A DNA stretch of 64,000 bases from positions 53,521 through 117,520 of the forward strand of contig JAFUKG010000032.1 of NCBI GenBank assembly GCA_017467865.1. The letters are read 5' to 3'. How positions within the stretch are numbered: position 1 is the stretch's first letter; the number at the start of each line of letters is the position of its first letter. The position numbers and the translations under genes are program-made. Shown piece by piece: positions 7,799-18,811 of this stretch. This DNA is from Clostridia bacterium. Its GTDB lineage: Bacteria > Bacillota > Clostridia > Oscillospirales > SIG627. The notes under the pieces are model-generated. The model did not search any database, had not been told where the DNA came from, and saw nothing but the letters and a program-made list of their open reading frames with translations.

Positions 7799-8311
7799 TT
7801 AGATCCTCTTTACAAAGTCGTCGATAGACTGTCTTTCAAAGTGACGGGGATTGGGCTCACATTCATCACTTTTATATCCGACGGGTAGAAGTGAGTAGGG
7901 GACAATATTATCGGGCAAATTAAAGGCATTTTTCACTTTTTCCTTGTTGAAAGCGCATACCCATACGGAGTTCAAACCTAGACTTTCGGCTTCGAGCATC
8001 ATATGGCAGGTGACGATAGATGAGTCGATAGGAGCTGCACACCAGCCGTCGTTGTTTCTCGTCCATGCTACGTCGGTGTCGGCGCAGATCATAAGAACTG
8101 TGGGAGCGTTGTATGCGCTGGGGGTGATTTCTCTTATTTTCTCAAGAGACTCCTTTGTTTCAATGACAAAGATCCTCTGAGGCTGCATATTCTTTGCTGT
8201 GGGGGCAACGCGGGCGGCTTCAAGGATTTTGTCAAGCTTTTCTTTTTCCACGGGTGTATCTTTAAAATCTCTTACCGAATAACGGTTTTGAAGAAGTGAT
8301 AAAATATCCAT
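7799..8311 (-). CDS. Nitroreductase family protein
   Basis: The start is the ATG at 8311 (RBS AGGAGA, plus tctcct at 8318-8323). MDILSLLQNRYSVRDF and ...APTAKNMQP are typical nitroreductase N-terminal motifs. Confidence 0.8.
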   Translation of the reverse strand: MDILSLLQNRYSVRDFKDTPVEKEKLDKILEAARVAPTAKNMQPQRIFVIETKESLEKIREITPSAYNAPTVLMICADTDVAWTRNNDGWCAAPIDSSIVTCHMMLEAESLGLNSVWVCAFNKEKVKNAFNLPDNIVPYSLLPVGYKSDECEPNPRHFERQSIDDFVKRI

Positions 8312-8452
8312 AAATATTCTCCTTTGCTTTTTTAGTATTTTAACATAACTTCTTTTTCTTGTCAAACTGTTAAAAAGTTCACACAATGTACTTGTAAATA
8401 GAGCAAAAATATATTATAATGTATATAACTATTTTTGAAAGAAGGCATTCAA

Positions 8453-9004
8453 GTGATTGAACAGATAAAAAAAGAGGCAAAAATTGCTTTAGAAGAGCTT
8501 TTTGAGGCTGCAAGCCTTGAAAAGGACGATATAGTTGTTATAGGCTGCTCGTCAAGCGAGGTGCTTGGCAAAAAGGTGGGCACCTATTCAAGCCTTGAGG
8601 TAGGACGTGCCCTTGTAGACACTCTTTATCCCATGATAAAGGAAAAGGGGCTTTATATGGCGGCTCAATGCTGTGAGCACCTTAACCGCTCGGTAATTAT
8701 AGAAAAGAGAGCTGTCCGTCTTTGGGGACTTGAAAGAGTCAACGTGAAGCCACAGCTTCACGCAGGCGGTGCATTTGCGATGTCCCTTTGGGATACTTTA
8801 GAGGAGCCTGTTGCGGTAGAAAAAGTTCAGGCGGCGGCAGGTATGGATATCGGCTCGGTGCTTATCGGTATGCAGCTCAGACCCGTTGCTGTACCCGTGA
8901 GAACAAGCGTCAGTATGATTGGCGGTGCAAGGCTTACCGTTGCAAGAACACGCCCCAGATTTGTAGGTGGCGAGAGAGCTCTTTACGTTGATGAATTGAG
9001 GTAA
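8453..9004 (+). CDS. TIGR01440/UPF0340 (YwlG-like) family protein
   Basis: VVIGCSSSEVLGKKVGTYSSLEVGRAL and AAQCCEHLNR match my memory of this family. I prefer GTG 8453 (RBS gaaagaagg 6 nt upstream) over the track's TTG 8435. Confidence 0.65.
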   Translation: MIEQIKKEAKIALEELFEAASLEKDDIVVIGCSSSEVLGKKVGTYSSLEVGRALVDTLYPMIKEKGLYMAAQCCEHLNRSVIIEKRAVRLWGLERVNVKPQLHAGGAFAMSLWDTLEEPVAVEKVQAAAGMDIGSVLIGMQLRPVAVPVRTSVSMIGGARLTVARTRPRFVGGERALYVDELR

Positions 9005-9006
9005 AA

Positions 9007-9966
9007 ATGAAAATATCAGTACTTGGCGCGGGAAGATGGGGAAGCTTTATTGCGTGGTATCTTTCGCTGATGGACGAAACTGTCCTTTGGGGAAGAGAAG
9101 GCTCCGAGGGTATCTGCGCCTTTAAGGAGACTCGTACCAACGGCACGGTTACACTTGGTGAGAGGACTATCGTTACCACCGACCTTAACCGTGCTATTGA
9201 AAACGATACTATCGTTATATCTATTTCCAGCCAAAATTTGCGCGCCTTTGCAGAAGAGCTGTCCGAAAGGATAAACACTCCTAAGCGCTTCATCCTCTGC
9301 ATGAAGGGAATTGAAGAGAAAAGCGGTAAAAGGCTGAGTGAGGTTTTTCGTGAGAGCTATAAGAAGCCCTATGAGTTGGCAGTGTGGGTAGGACCGGGAC
9401 ACGTTGAGGATTTTGTCAACGCTATCCCCAACTGTATGCTCATCGACTCGGATAACCGAGATTTTAAGGAAGGGCTTGCCAGCGTCTTATCCAGCTCACT
9501 TATCCGCTTTTACTACGGAAACGACCTTATCGGAACCGAAGTGGGTGCGGCGTCCAAGAACGTTGTGGGCATTGCCGCAGGTATGCTCGACGGACTTGGT
9601 ATTTCCTCTCTTAAGGGTGCCCTTATGGCAAGGGGAGCAGGAGAGATTTCCCGTCTTATAGAGGCTATGGGGGGAAATCGGCTTTCGGCTTACGGGCTTG
9701 CCCATCTTGGTGACTATGAAGCCACCGTCTTTTCAAAGCACTCTCATAACAGAGCTTACGGCGAAATGCTTGTAAAGGGCGAAAAATTTCAGAAACTTGC
9801 CGAGGGTGTTGCTACTTGCCGGGGAATAATGAAGCTCTCTGAAAAATACTCGGTGGAGCTTCCCATATGCTCGGCGGTGTATAAGGTGCTTTTTGAAAAC
9901 GCCGACCCGCAGCAAACACTTAATTCTTTATTTTCACGTGATATAAAAAGCGAATTCAACGGCTGA
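9007..9966 (+). CDS. gpsA: NAD(P)H-dependent glycerol-3-phosphate dehydrogenase-like protein
   Basis: [16 protein letters not shown] is a Rossmann motif. ..GPGHVEDF.. and [23 protein letters not shown] match the GpsA core motifs. Confidence 0.75.
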   Translation: MKISVLGAGRWGSFIAWYLSLMDETVLWGREGSEGICAFKETRTNGTVTLGERTIVTTDLNRAIENDTIVISISSQNLRAFAEELSERINTPKRFILCMKGIEEKSGKRLSEVFRESYKKPYELAVWVGPGHVEDFVNAIPNCMLIDSDNRDFKEGLASVLSSSLIRFYYGNDLIGTEVGAASKNVVGIAAGMLDGLGISSLKGALMARGAGEISRLIEAMGGNRLSAYGLAHLGDYEATVFSKHSHNRAYGEMLVKGEKFQKLAEGVATCRGIMKLSEKYSVELPICSAVYKVLFENADPQQTLNSLFSRDIKSEFNG

Positions 9967-9977
9967 AAGGAACAAAA

Positions 9978-12734
9978 ATGGGAATTATTACAAAACTTTT
10001 CGGAACACACAGCGAAAGAGAAATAAAGAGAATAACCTCTCTTGTAAATAAAACAGAGGAACTCTCCGACCACTACTCGGGAATGACCGACGAGGAGCTG
10101 AAGGCACAGACTCAGCTTTTTAAGGACAGACTTGCAAAAGGTGAGACTCTCGACGATATTCTCCCTGAGGCATTTGCCACGGTCAGAGAAGCATCCACCA
10201 GAGTTCTCGGGAAGCGCCATTACAGAGTTCAGCTTATCGGCGGTATAATTATCCATCAGGGCAGAATTGCTGAAATGAGAACGGGTGAGGGTAAAACCCT
10301 TGTTGCCACGCTTCCCGCATACCTTAACGCTCTCACAGGCAAGGGTGTTCACATCGTCACAGTCAACGATTACCTTGCAAAGCGTGACAGCGAATGGATG
10401 GGTAAGATATATAACTTTCTCGGCCTTACGGTAGGACTTGTAGTTCACGGACAGTCCCCCGAGGAAAAGCATAAGGCTTATGACGCCGACATTACCTACG
10501 GCACTAACAACGAATTTGGCTTCGATTATCTGAGAGACAATCTTGTTATATATAAAGAGGACAGAGTGCAGAGAGGTCATAACTTCGCCATTGTGGACGA
10601 GGTGGACTCCATACTTATCGACGAAGCGAGAACTCCTCTTATCATTTCGGGTCAGGGAGAAAAGTCAACCGAGCTTTACGGCGTCGTAAACGCCTTTGCA
10701 AAGACTCTCAAATCCTTTAAGATAAAAGAGGCAAACGACAAGGAGATAGACGAAAACCTTGAAACCAACTACGACTATATCATAGACGAAAAGGCGAACA
10801 ACGCCACCCTTACCTCAAGAGGTATAAAGAAGGTGGAGGAGCAGTTTGGAATAGATAACTTTGCCGACCCCGAAAACGCGGCCCTCGCTCACCACGTAAA
10901 CCAAGCCATAAAGGCACTTGGCACCATGAAGCGCGACGTTGACTACGTTGTAAAGGATAATCAGGTAATCATTGTCGATGCCTTTACTGGCAGACTTATG
11001 CCCGGCAGACGCTATTCCGACGGACTTCATCAGGCAATAGAAGCAAAAGAAAACGTAAAGGTAGAGCGTGAGTCGAAAACCCTTGCTACTATCACCTTCC
11101 AGAACTTCTTCCGCCTTTATACAAAGCTTTCGGGTATGACGGGTACTGCCCTTACAGAAGAAGGTGAATTCCGTGAGATATATAACCTTGACGTTATAGT
11201 CATCCCCACCAATAAGCCCATGATAAGAAAGGATGCCGAGGACAAGGTATTCAAGAACAGCCGCGGCAAGATAAATGCCATTGTAGCCCAGATAGAAGAG
11301 TGCCACAAAAAGGGTCAGCCAGTCCTTGTGGGTACTGTCTCTATTGATAAATCCGAGGAGCTTTCAAAGATACTTCAGAAGCGCGGTATTCCCCACAACG
11401 TTCTTAACGCTAAATTCCACGAAAAGGAAGCAGAGATTATCGCACAGGCAGGAAAGTACGGCGCCGTTACCATTTCCACCAATATGGCAGGACGAGGCAC
11501 CGACATAATGCTTGGCGGTAACCCCGAGTACCTTGCAAAGACAAAGCTTCGTCAGGAGGGCTATTCCGAGGAGCTTATCGTTCTTGCAGATACTGTTACA
11601 GACACCGATAACGAAGAGATTATCGGGGTAAGAGCACGCTATAACGAGCTTGTTGCAGAGTTTGAGCGTGAAATTGCACCCGAGCGCGAAAAGGTGAGAG
11701 AAGCGGGAGGACTCTTTATTCTCGGCACCGAGCGCCACGAGTCAAGACGAATTGACAATCAGCTCCGAGGACGTGCAGGACGTCAGGGAGACAGCGGCGC
11801 GTCGGCATTCTATCTCTCTCTTGACGACGACCTTATGCGCCTTTTCGGAGGAGACAGAATAGTGGGTGTGGTTGACCGCCTCGGTCTTGAGGACGACCAG
11901 CCCATTGACGCCAGAATTTTATCAAACACAATAGAAAACGCACAAAAGCGCCTTGAGGGTCAGAACTTTGCCCGCCGACGCAACGTGCTTATGTACGATA
12001 ACGTAATGAGCGAGCAGAGAAACGTTATCTACAAGGAAAGAGGAGAGGTCCTTGACGGAATAGACCTGACCGATAAGATTAAGTCTATGATGCACTCTAT
12101 GATTGAGTCAAAGGTCAGAGAATGCATGAGAGGGGATACCCCCGACCAATGGCAGCTTGACGAGCTCAGACGAGCTTTTTTCGGACTCTTCACAACAGAT
12201 GCAGACTTCCGTGAAACGGGGGACGCTCTCGACGAGCTTTCCGCCGATAAGGTGACGCATGAGCTTTGTGAGCGTGCAGACAAGCTTTATGCGGAGAAGA
12301 CAGAGCTTCTCGGAGAAGAGGTTATGAGTGAGGCAGAGCGTGTTATACTGCTTCGCACCGTTGACCGCAAGTGGATGGCGCACATAGATGCTATGGACGC
12401 TCTTCAGAGCACTATAAGACTTCAGGCATACGGTCAGCGTGACCCCGTAAGAGAATATAAGATAGTAGGCTCGGATATGTTCGACGAAATGACCGAGGAA
12501 ATAAGATGCGACACCGTAAGAGGAATTCTGTCTGTACAGCCGAGAACCGAGATAAAGCGTGAAAAGGTTGCGAAGATTACAGGTGCATCCCACGGCGGCG
12601 ACGCATCCCCTGTGAAGAAAGCTCCCGTCAGAAAAGCCGAGAGCGAAAAGGTGGGACGAAACGACCCCTGCCCCTGCGGAAGCGGACTTAAATACAAGAA
12701 ATGCTGCGGCAAGAATATGGCAGACGGAGAATAG
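9978..12734 (+). CDS. secA: Preprotein translocase ATPase SecA
   Basis: [26 protein letters not shown] (Walker A), [19 protein letters not shown] and the C-terminal zinc finger [14 protein letters not shown] are all present. Confidence 0.97.
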   Translation: MGIITKLFGTHSEREIKRITSLVNKTEELSDHYSGMTDEELKAQTQLFKDRLAKGETLDDILPEAFATVREASTRVLGKRHYRVQLIGGIIIHQGRIAEMRTGEGKTLVATLPAYLNALTGKGVHIVTVNDYLAKRDSEWMGKIYNFLGLTVGLVVHGQSPEEKHKAYDADITYGTNNEFGFDYLRDNLVIYKEDRVQRGHNFAIVDEVDSILIDEARTPLIISGQGEKSTELYGVVNAFAKTLKSFKIKEANDKEIDENLETNYDYIIDEKANNATLTSRGIKKVEEQFGIDNFADPENAALAHHVNQAIKALGTMKRDVDYVVKDNQVIIVDAFTGRLMPGRRYSDGLHQAIEAKENVKVERESKTLATITFQNFFRLYTKLSGMTGTALTEEGEFREIYNLDVIVIPTNKPMIRKDAEDKVFKNSRGKINAIVAQIEECHKKGQPVLVGTVSIDKSEELSKILQKRGIPHNVLNAKFHEKEAEIIAQAGKYGAVTISTNMAGRGTDIMLGGNPEYLAKTKLRQEGYSEELIVLADTVTDTDNEEIIGVRARYNELVAEFEREIAPEREKVREAGGLFILGTERHESRRIDNQLRGRAGRQGDSGASAFYLSLDDDLMRLFGGDRIVGVVDRLGLEDDQPIDARILSNTIENAQKRLEGQNFARRRNVLMYDNVMSEQRNVIYKERGEVLDGIDLTDKIKSMMHSMIESKVRECMRGDTPDQWQLDELRRAFFGLFTTDADFRETGDALDELSADKVTHELCERADKLYAEKTELLGEEVMSEAERVILLRTVDRKWMAHIDAMDALQSTIRLQAYGQRDPVREYKIVGSDMFDEMTEEIRCDTVRGILSVQPRTEIKREKVAKITGASHGGDASPVKKAPVRKAESEKVGRNDPCPCGSGLKYKKCCGKNMADGE

Positions 12735-12737
12735 AAA

Positions 12738-13985
12738 ATGAGATTTCCTCTTATATTTCTTGGACTTATATTTATATTTTCACCCGATATAACACTCTTC
12801 GATTTTCTCCCCGACGTGATAGGCTGGTTTTTTATAACCCTTGGACTTACCCCACTTGCAGATATTGAGCTGCGTGCCGAGGACGCGAAAAGGCTTTCTT
12901 TGAGAATGATGCTCGTGTCGGCAGTAAAGCTTGCCGTGTCGCTTTTCACCTTCCGCTTCGGTACGTCGGATATGCTCCTTGCTACCTTTGCCTACGGAAT
13001 TGTTGAAATTATAACTGTAATTCCCTTTGTTACAAATTTCTTTACCGCTCTCGATTATTCGGCAATGAGAATAACACCTTCTCTCAACTCCGATAAAGTA
13101 AGTGGTATTAAATGGTATATGTACGTTTTCTTCGTACTTAAAAACGTACTTGCCTTTCTGCCTGCAACGGTTGGACTTTTCGACACCGAGACTACGGGCA
13201 ATCTGTCGGCGGACACCTGGTTTGTGGACTTTGAAGCGGCTATGCGTGTCTTTATGGTATTTGCTTTTTTCCTGTCGGCGGTGATTTCTCTTGTCAGCGT
13301 GATTTACGCAGGACAGTTCTTTGTTTCTCTCATAAAGAATAAAGAGCTGATAGGGAATATGACGAAGCACCGTCGGGAAGAGGTACTGTCAAAAGAGAAC
13401 GTTATGACCGTGAAGAACACCTCTTTTGTACTTACGTTTTTCTTATCTGCTATGCTCTTCTTTTTCGACTTTTATATTGACGCCATAGACGTGCTTCCTA
13501 CCTTTGTGGGATTTTTCCTCGTTTTTGTTGCTTTCGTTTTTATGAAGAGGAGAATGAACGAAAGAACTACACTTCCCGCTATTCTTGCCTTTGCGGGCTT
13601 TACCGTTTCTCTCTTCTCCTTCATTTACAGACTCTATTGGGGAGGAAAGACGAATTTCGTTCTGACCTATACCTTTGGTTCAAAGCCCTTGACCTTGCCC
13701 CTCAGTATCGCCGAGGCGGTATTTACCGTGGCGGTAATAGTTATGATACTTAAATGGGCGGACAGCTTTAATAAAAAGTACACTAAATACACCTTGGAGG
13801 ATAACCTGACCTTACTTAAAATCGGGGCGGTTATAGAGGCGTTTTTCGGTGTAATGCTTTACGCCTTCCCATCCCTTAATACAACCTTTGTGTTCCCCTC
13901 CATTGTTTTCGGAATAGCTTATACGGCGCTTACAATAAACTTTTTCTTTAAATTAAAAAGACAGATATCAAAAGATATGAGATAA
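12738..13985 (+). CDS. Hypothetical polytopic membrane protein with an internal duplication
   Basis: 415 aa with roughly 10 hydrophobic segments. The motif FSPDITLFDFLPDVIGWFF near the N-terminus recurs as FFFDFYIDAIDVLPTFVGFF at about residue 240. The gene starts 4 nt after secA and ends 13 nt before asnB. Confidence 0.75.
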   Translation: MRFPLIFLGLIFIFSPDITLFDFLPDVIGWFFITLGLTPLADIELRAEDAKRLSLRMMLVSAVKLAVSLFTFRFGTSDMLLATFAYGIVEIITVIPFVTNFFTALDYSAMRITPSLNSDKVSGIKWYMYVFFVLKNVLAFLPATVGLFDTETTGNLSADTWFVDFEAAMRVFMVFAFFLSAVISLVSVIYAGQFFVSLIKNKELIGNMTKHRREEVLSKENVMTVKNTSFVLTFFLSAMLFFFDFYIDAIDVLPTFVGFFLVFVAFVFMKRRMNERTTLPAILAFAGFTVSLFSFIYRLYWGGKTNFVLTYTFGSKPLTLPLSIAEAVFTVAVIVMILKWADSFNKKYTKYTLEDNLTLLKIGAVIEAFFGVMLYAFPSLNTTFVFPSIVFGIAYTALTINFFFKLKRQISKDMR

Positions 13986-13998
13986 GGAGACTAAAACC

Positions 13999-15852
13999 TT
14001 GTGCGGCTTTGTAGGAATGTTTAAAAAATCACCTCTCAGCGAGAGTGAAAAGGAAATCGTCACAAAAATGTCGGAGACTATGGCGTACAGAGGACCCGAC
14101 GAGGGCAAGATGCTCTTTTTTGAAAATCTTGTACTTGCTTTCAGAAGACTTAGTATCATCGACCTTGAAAAGGGAAGCCAGCCCTTTGAGTACGGAGAAC
14201 GCTTCGTAGGCATCTTCAACGGCGAGATTTATAACTACCGTGAGCTGAGAGCCCAGCTTATTGAAAAGGGCTATGAGTTCAAAACCAATTCCGAAATTGA
14301 GGTTATGCTCACCCTCTATTCTGTCGAGGGAGAAAGCTTTATAAATAAGCTTCGCGGTATGTTTGCCTTCTCCTTTTACGATAAAGAGAAGAATACTGTA
14401 ATGCTTGGCCGTGACCCCTTCGGCATTAAGCCTCTTTACTATATAGAGCGTGAGGGACAGGTGTACTTTTCCTCGGAGTCCAAGGTATTTTACCTTGACC
14501 CCGCTCTTGACAAAACTCTTATAGATGAAGAACAGCTTCAGCACTACTTTACTTATCAGTATATCCCCGAGCCCTCAACTCTTCACCCAGAAATAAGGAT
14601 ACTCCCCGCAGGCTCTTATATGATGCTTGACTTTTCGGCAGAGCGTGAGGTGAGAGTGGAGAAGTACTATACTCCAACCTTCACTCCCGTGAAGTCCGAC
14701 GACTTTGAAAAGAGAGCCGAGGAGCTTCGTGAAATAGTTGAAACAAGTGTAAAATATCATATGATAAGCGACGTTGACGTTGGTACGTTTTTGTCAGGCG
14801 GTATCGACTCGGCAGTAATTACCGCTACCGCAAGTAAGCTTAACCCCGGTATCAAGGCGTTTACCGTTGCTTTCGGCGAAAAGGAATACTCCGAAATCGA
14901 CGAAGCCTCGGGCATCGCACGTCACCTTGACGTAGAGCATATAAAGCTTGTGGCAGGGCTTGAGGATTTTAAACGTGCCTTTGACAAGGTGGTCTATCAC
15001 CTTGATTTTCCCGTTGCCGATCCCTCTACTATGGCGATATATCTCATCTGCGAAGAGGCTGCGCGTCACCTTAAGGTTGTACTGTCAGGCGAGGGCTCCG
15101 ACGAGCTTTTCGGCGGTTATAAGGTGTACGGCGAGACCCTTACCTCCGATAAGATAAACGCCCTGCCTTCTCTTATAAAAGCGCCCCTCTCCTTTGCTTC
15201 AAAAATTCTTCCCGAGGGTGTAAAGGGCAAAGCCCTCCTTTACCGAGGAACAACACCTCTTGAAAAGAGATACGTTGGAAATGCCTTTATCTTTGATGAA
15301 AAAGAAAAGAAGAAAATTCTTAAAACAGCCTCTGACAGAGTGCACTTTTCTGACCTTACAAAGGATATTTACGCCGACGTTCAGGGACTACCCGGCATTA
15401 CCAAAATGCAGTACGTAGACATGAACACCTGGCTGAGAGGTGATATTCTCGTCAAGGGAGACCGACTGAGCATGGCTCATTCACTTGAGGTCAGAGTGCC
15501 ATTCCTCGATAAAGAGGTCTTTGAATTTGCAAGGAAGCTTCACACCGAGGATAAGCTTTCCCACGGCACTACGAAATATATCTTTCGTCACGCCTTCCGT
15601 GACCTTGTAAATCCCGAAACCGTAATGCGTCCCAAGCTCGGCTACCCCGTACCCGTTCGCAAATGGCTGAAAAACGAGCTCTACGATTGGGCAAAGGACA
15701 TTATAACAAACTCTTCTGCTGATGCTTATATCGACAAAAAAGAAGCCCTTCGTATGCTTGACGCACACCGAGAGGGCAGGGAAGACAACTACCGCAAGCT
15801 TTGGGTTGTTTTGGTGTTTATGAGATGGTATGACCTTTTTGTTGGACGTTGA
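13999..15852 (+). CDS. asnB: Asparagine synthase (glutamine-hydrolysing), AsnB family
   Basis: MCGFVG provides the Cys2 nucleophile, FLSGGIDSAV is the PP-loop, and the length is 617 aa. Confidence 0.9.
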   Translation: MCGFVGMFKKSPLSESEKEIVTKMSETMAYRGPDEGKMLFFENLVLAFRRLSIIDLEKGSQPFEYGERFVGIFNGEIYNYRELRAQLIEKGYEFKTNSEIEVMLTLYSVEGESFINKLRGMFAFSFYDKEKNTVMLGRDPFGIKPLYYIEREGQVYFSSESKVFYLDPALDKTLIDEEQLQHYFTYQYIPEPSTLHPEIRILPAGSYMMLDFSAEREVRVEKYYTPTFTPVKSDDFEKRAEELREIVETSVKYHMISDVDVGTFLSGGIDSAVITATASKLNPGIKAFTVAFGEKEYSEIDEASGIARHLDVEHIKLVAGLEDFKRAFDKVVYHLDFPVADPSTMAIYLICEEAARHLKVVLSGEGSDELFGGYKVYGETLTSDKINALPSLIKAPLSFASKILPEGVKGKALLYRGTTPLEKRYVGNAFIFDEKEKKKILKTASDRVHFSDLTKDIYADVQGLPGITKMQYVDMNTWLRGDILVKGDRLSMAHSLEVRVPFLDKEVFEFARKLHTEDKLSHGTTKYIFRHAFRDLVNPETVMRPKLGYPVPVRKWLKNELYDWAKDIITNSSADAYIDKKEALRMLDAHREGREDNYRKLWVVLVFMRWYDLFVGR

Positions 15853-15884
15853 AATTTTCTTAGGAAATTAATTTATTATATCTT

Positions 15885-16002
15885 GAGGGAGTGCTTTTTA
15901 AAAAAGCGCTCCCTCAAACACCCACGAAAACTATAATAAAATTTTAATTATCATTTTCATAGAGGTTATAGGGGGAACACTTTTACGAAAAGTGCTCCCC
16001 CT
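15885..16002. repeat. Left copy of a hairpin-bearing intergenic repeat (inverted partner at 18812-18910)
   Basis: Hairpin 1 is gagggagtgcttttt/aaaaaagcgctccctc at 15885-15915. The block cccacgaaaact lies at 15921-15932, followed by ttttcatagagg. Hairpin 2 is agggggaacactttt-acg-aaaagtgctccccct at 15970-16002. Confidence 0.8.
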
Positions 16003-16077
16003 AAATATTGATAAAATGAAGATTTGCTTTAGCAAATCAACAATAATTCTGCATTTTGCATTCAGCATTTTGCATTC

Positions 16078-16100
16078 AAAAAAGCACCCTTTCGGGTGCT
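16078..16100 (-). terminator. Intrinsic terminator after the P-type ATPase gene
   Basis: On the minus strand, agcaccc-gaaa-gggtgct is followed by tttttt. Confidence 0.75.
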
Positions 16101-16104
16101 TTCT

Positions 16105-18726
16105 TTATTTTATAAGCTTCAGCGCTTTTGCAAGCTCCACAACACCGAGAGGTGTTATGATGAGAACAAGTGCGATAAGATAGAGAACAGGGGAGAGGAT
16201 TTCAAGATTGAAGAGTACTCTGAGGGGTGTGAAGAGCACCAGCGACATAAGTACAATTGCCGCAAGGGTTGCGAGGTTTACGTACTTATTGGAGAAAAAT
16301 CCTATCTTGAACACCGATTTGTCGGTTCTCATATTGTAGGTGTGAACTGCTTGCGACAAAGCGAGTACCATAAACGCCATAGTTCTGCCTGCTGCAAGGG
16401 GGTCACAGCCCTTGGGAGGAAGTACCTTCCAGCCGATGTAAAAGGCAATCAGAGTAAGAATAGAGAACATAACTCCCTGAAGCACAATTCTCACACCAAG
16501 TCCATGGGCGAAGATACCCTCGGCTTTTGGCTTGGGCTTTTCGTTCATAATGTCCTTTTCAATGGGCTCCATACCCAGCGCTACCGCAGGAAGAGAGTCT
16601 CCTACAAGGTTTATCCAAAGCAGATGCATGGAAAGGAAGGGTGATTTGTGCCATACCATCATAGATATGAATACTGCAATAACCTCGCTGATATTTGTAC
16701 CAAGGAGGAAGCCTACAACCTTTTTAAGGTTAGCGTAAATTCCTCTGCCCTCTTTTACTGCATCAACTATAGTTGCGAAGTTGTCGTCGGTGAGGGTCAT
16801 ATCCGAGGCGCCCTTGGCAACGTCGGTGCCAGTAATACCCATAGCGCATCCGATATCTGCAGCTTTAAGGGCGGGAGCATCGTTTACGCCGTCTCCCGTC
16901 ATGGAAACTACTTGTCCTTTCTTCTGCCAAGCCTTGACTATTCTTATTTTGTTTTCGGGTGAAACTCGGGCGTAGACAGAAATCTTTTCTACGTTTTCGT
17001 CAAGCTCTTTGTCGCTCATCTTATCGAGTTCGGCTCCCGTTATGGCAATGTCGCCATCAAGGAAAATACCAAGCTCACGGGCGATAGCCGTAGTGGTCAC
17101 CACGTGGTCACCCGTTATCATTACGGGCTTGATACCTGCCTTACGGCAGACAGCCACCGCTTCCTTCGCCTCGGGTCGGGGCGGGTCTATCATACCCACA
17201 AGTCCCATAAAGGTAAGTCCTGATTCAAGTTCCTCTGAGGTGGGATTTTCGGGTACTTCGTCTATTTCCTTATATGCTACCGCAAGCACTCTGAGAGCGT
17301 CGGCAGACATTTCGTTCATATATTTCTTTGCTTTTTCAAGGTCTCCCTTGATACACCTTGACATCATTACGTCGAAGGCACCCTTGACGATAACTACGTT
17401 TTTACCGCTTATTACGTTGACAACGGACATAAGCTTTCTGTCTGAGTCAAAGGGTATCTCGGCAACTCTCGGGAACTTGTCGTTGAGCATACTCTGTTCA
17501 AGTCCGTTCTTATGAGCGGCAACAACTATTGACGTTTCTGTGGGGTCGCCGATGTGCTCCTCCTTCCCCTCATGGAAGTTGACCGTTCCGTCAGAGCAGA
17601 GGGTAGCATAGGCGAGCAGCCTCTTTATTTTTTCGCTGTTTTCAGCTGAAATCTTCTCAGTAGCTTCCTCTCCGTCGGCAAAAGCTCTGACGAGAGTCAT
17701 TCTGTTTTGTGTAAGCGTTCCCGTCTTGTCCGAGCAGATAACGGATGCACTGCCCAGAGTTTCTACCGCAGGTAAACGGCGTATGAGAGCGTTTCTTTTC
17801 GCCATTCGCTGAACACCGATAGAAAGAACGATAGTTACGACTACGGGAAGTCCTTCAGGGATAGCAGACACCGCAAGGGAAACCGCTATCATAAAGATTT
17901 CCATAACCGAAATATTATTTAAAAGTCCAACTATAAATACTATGGCACAAGCAACGAGAGCAACTATACCAAGATATTTACCAAGGTTCGCAAGTTTTTT
18001 CTGAAGAGGAGTTTCACTTTCCTCTTCTCCGTCAAGGAGATTTGCTATCTTACCCATTTCGGTGCTCATACCCGTTGCGGTAACCACCGCCAGAGCGCTT
18101 CCGTAGGTTATGGAACAGCCCGAAAATACCATATTCGTTCTGTCACCTATGGGTGCGTCCTCTTTAACCTCGGCTAAAGCATCCTTTTCGCTGGGTACAG
18201 ATTCGCCCGTCAGAGCCGACTCCTCGCTTTTAAGACTTGCACTTTCTATAAGTCTTGCATCGGCGGGTACAAAGTCGCCTGCTTCAAGCTTGATTACGTC
18301 TCCGGGTACAAGAAGAGAGGCATCAATAATTCTTTCTTCACCATCTCTGATAACTCTTGCGTGAGGAGCTGACATATTCTTTAAGGCGTCAAGTGCCTTT
18401 TCTGCTTTGCTTTCCTGCATAACGCCCATTATGGCGTTTACGACAACAATAAATACGATGAGGAAAGGCTCGAAAAATTCGCTCTTTTCTCCCTCTGCAC
18501 ATGCGACTACGAAGGATATAACTGCCGCAATAAGCAGTATTATTATCATTACGTCGCAGAATTGGTCGAGAAAGCGTCGAAGCATCGTTTTCTTTTTCTT
18601 TTCCTTGAGTCTGTTTTCGCCGTATTTTGTGAGTCTCTCACTTGCTTCGGCGGCGGTCAGTCCCTTTTCGGCATCAGCCCCAAGGGACAAAAGTAAATCA
18701 TCCTTGCCCGTACTATGCGGTAACAA
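16105..18726 (-). CDS. Cation-translocating P-type ATPase, Ca2+ (PMCA/SERCA/YloB-like) type
   Basis: CSDKTGTLTQN is the phosphorylation site. MITGDH and TGDGVNDAPALKAADIG are present, along with the N-terminal cation-ATPase-N domain (GLTAAEASERLTKYGEN). The protein is 873 aa. Confidence 0.92.
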   Translation of the reverse strand: MLPHSTGKDDLLLSLGADAEKGLTAAEASERLTKYGENRLKEKKKKTMLRRFLDQFCDVMIIILLIAAVISFVVACAEGEKSEFFEPFLIVFIVVVNAIMGVMQESKAEKALDALKNMSAPHARVIRDGEERIIDASLLVPGDVIKLEAGDFVPADARLIESASLKSEESALTGESVPSEKDALAEVKEDAPIGDRTNMVFSGCSITYGSALAVVTATGMSTEMGKIANLLDGEEESETPLQKKLANLGKYLGIVALVACAIVFIVGLLNNISVMEIFMIAVSLAVSAIPEGLPVVVTIVLSIGVQRMAKRNALIRRLPAVETLGSASVICSDKTGTLTQNRMTLVRAFADGEEATEKISAENSEKIKRLLAYATLCSDGTVNFHEGKEEHIGDPTETSIVVAAHKNGLEQSMLNDKFPRVAEIPFDSDRKLMSVVNVISGKNVVIVKGAFDVMMSRCIKGDLEKAKKYMNEMSADALRVLAVAYKEIDEVPENPTSEELESGLTFMGLVGMIDPPRPEAKEAVAVCRKAGIKPVMITGDHVVTTTAIARELGIFLDGDIAITGAELDKMSDKELDENVEKISVYARVSPENKIRIVKAWQKKGQVVSMTGDGVNDAPALKAADIGCAMGITGTDVAKGASDMTLTDDNFATIVDAVKEGRGIYANLKKVVGFLLGTNISEVIAVFISMMVWHKSPFLSMHLLWINLVGDSLPAVALGMEPIEKDIMNEKPKPKAEGIFAHGLGVRIVLQGVMFSILTLIAFYIGWKVLPPKGCDPLAAGRTMAFMVLALSQAVHTYNMRTDKSVFKIGFFSNKYVNLATLAAIVLMSLVLFTPLRVLFNLEILSPVLYLIALVLIITPLGVVELAKALKLIK

Positions 18727-18811
18727 AATAAAATTCCCCCTTTAATATTAAGTTTTACTATTATATCAAATAATTCTATTTTTTACAAGTACTTACATTT
18801 AAATTATATTC

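Noticed and set aside
9789-10580. Minus-strand 263-aa ORF spanning the gpsA/secA junction
   Set aside because: It is antisense to two well-supported genes and crosses their intergenic gap. It has no RBS or family resemblance.
16096-17515. Plus-strand ORFs 16096..16644, 16648..16962 and 17009..17515
   Set aside because: All are antisense to the P-type ATPase gene, which carries the DKTGT and TGDGVNDAPALK motifs. They are typical shadow ORFs.
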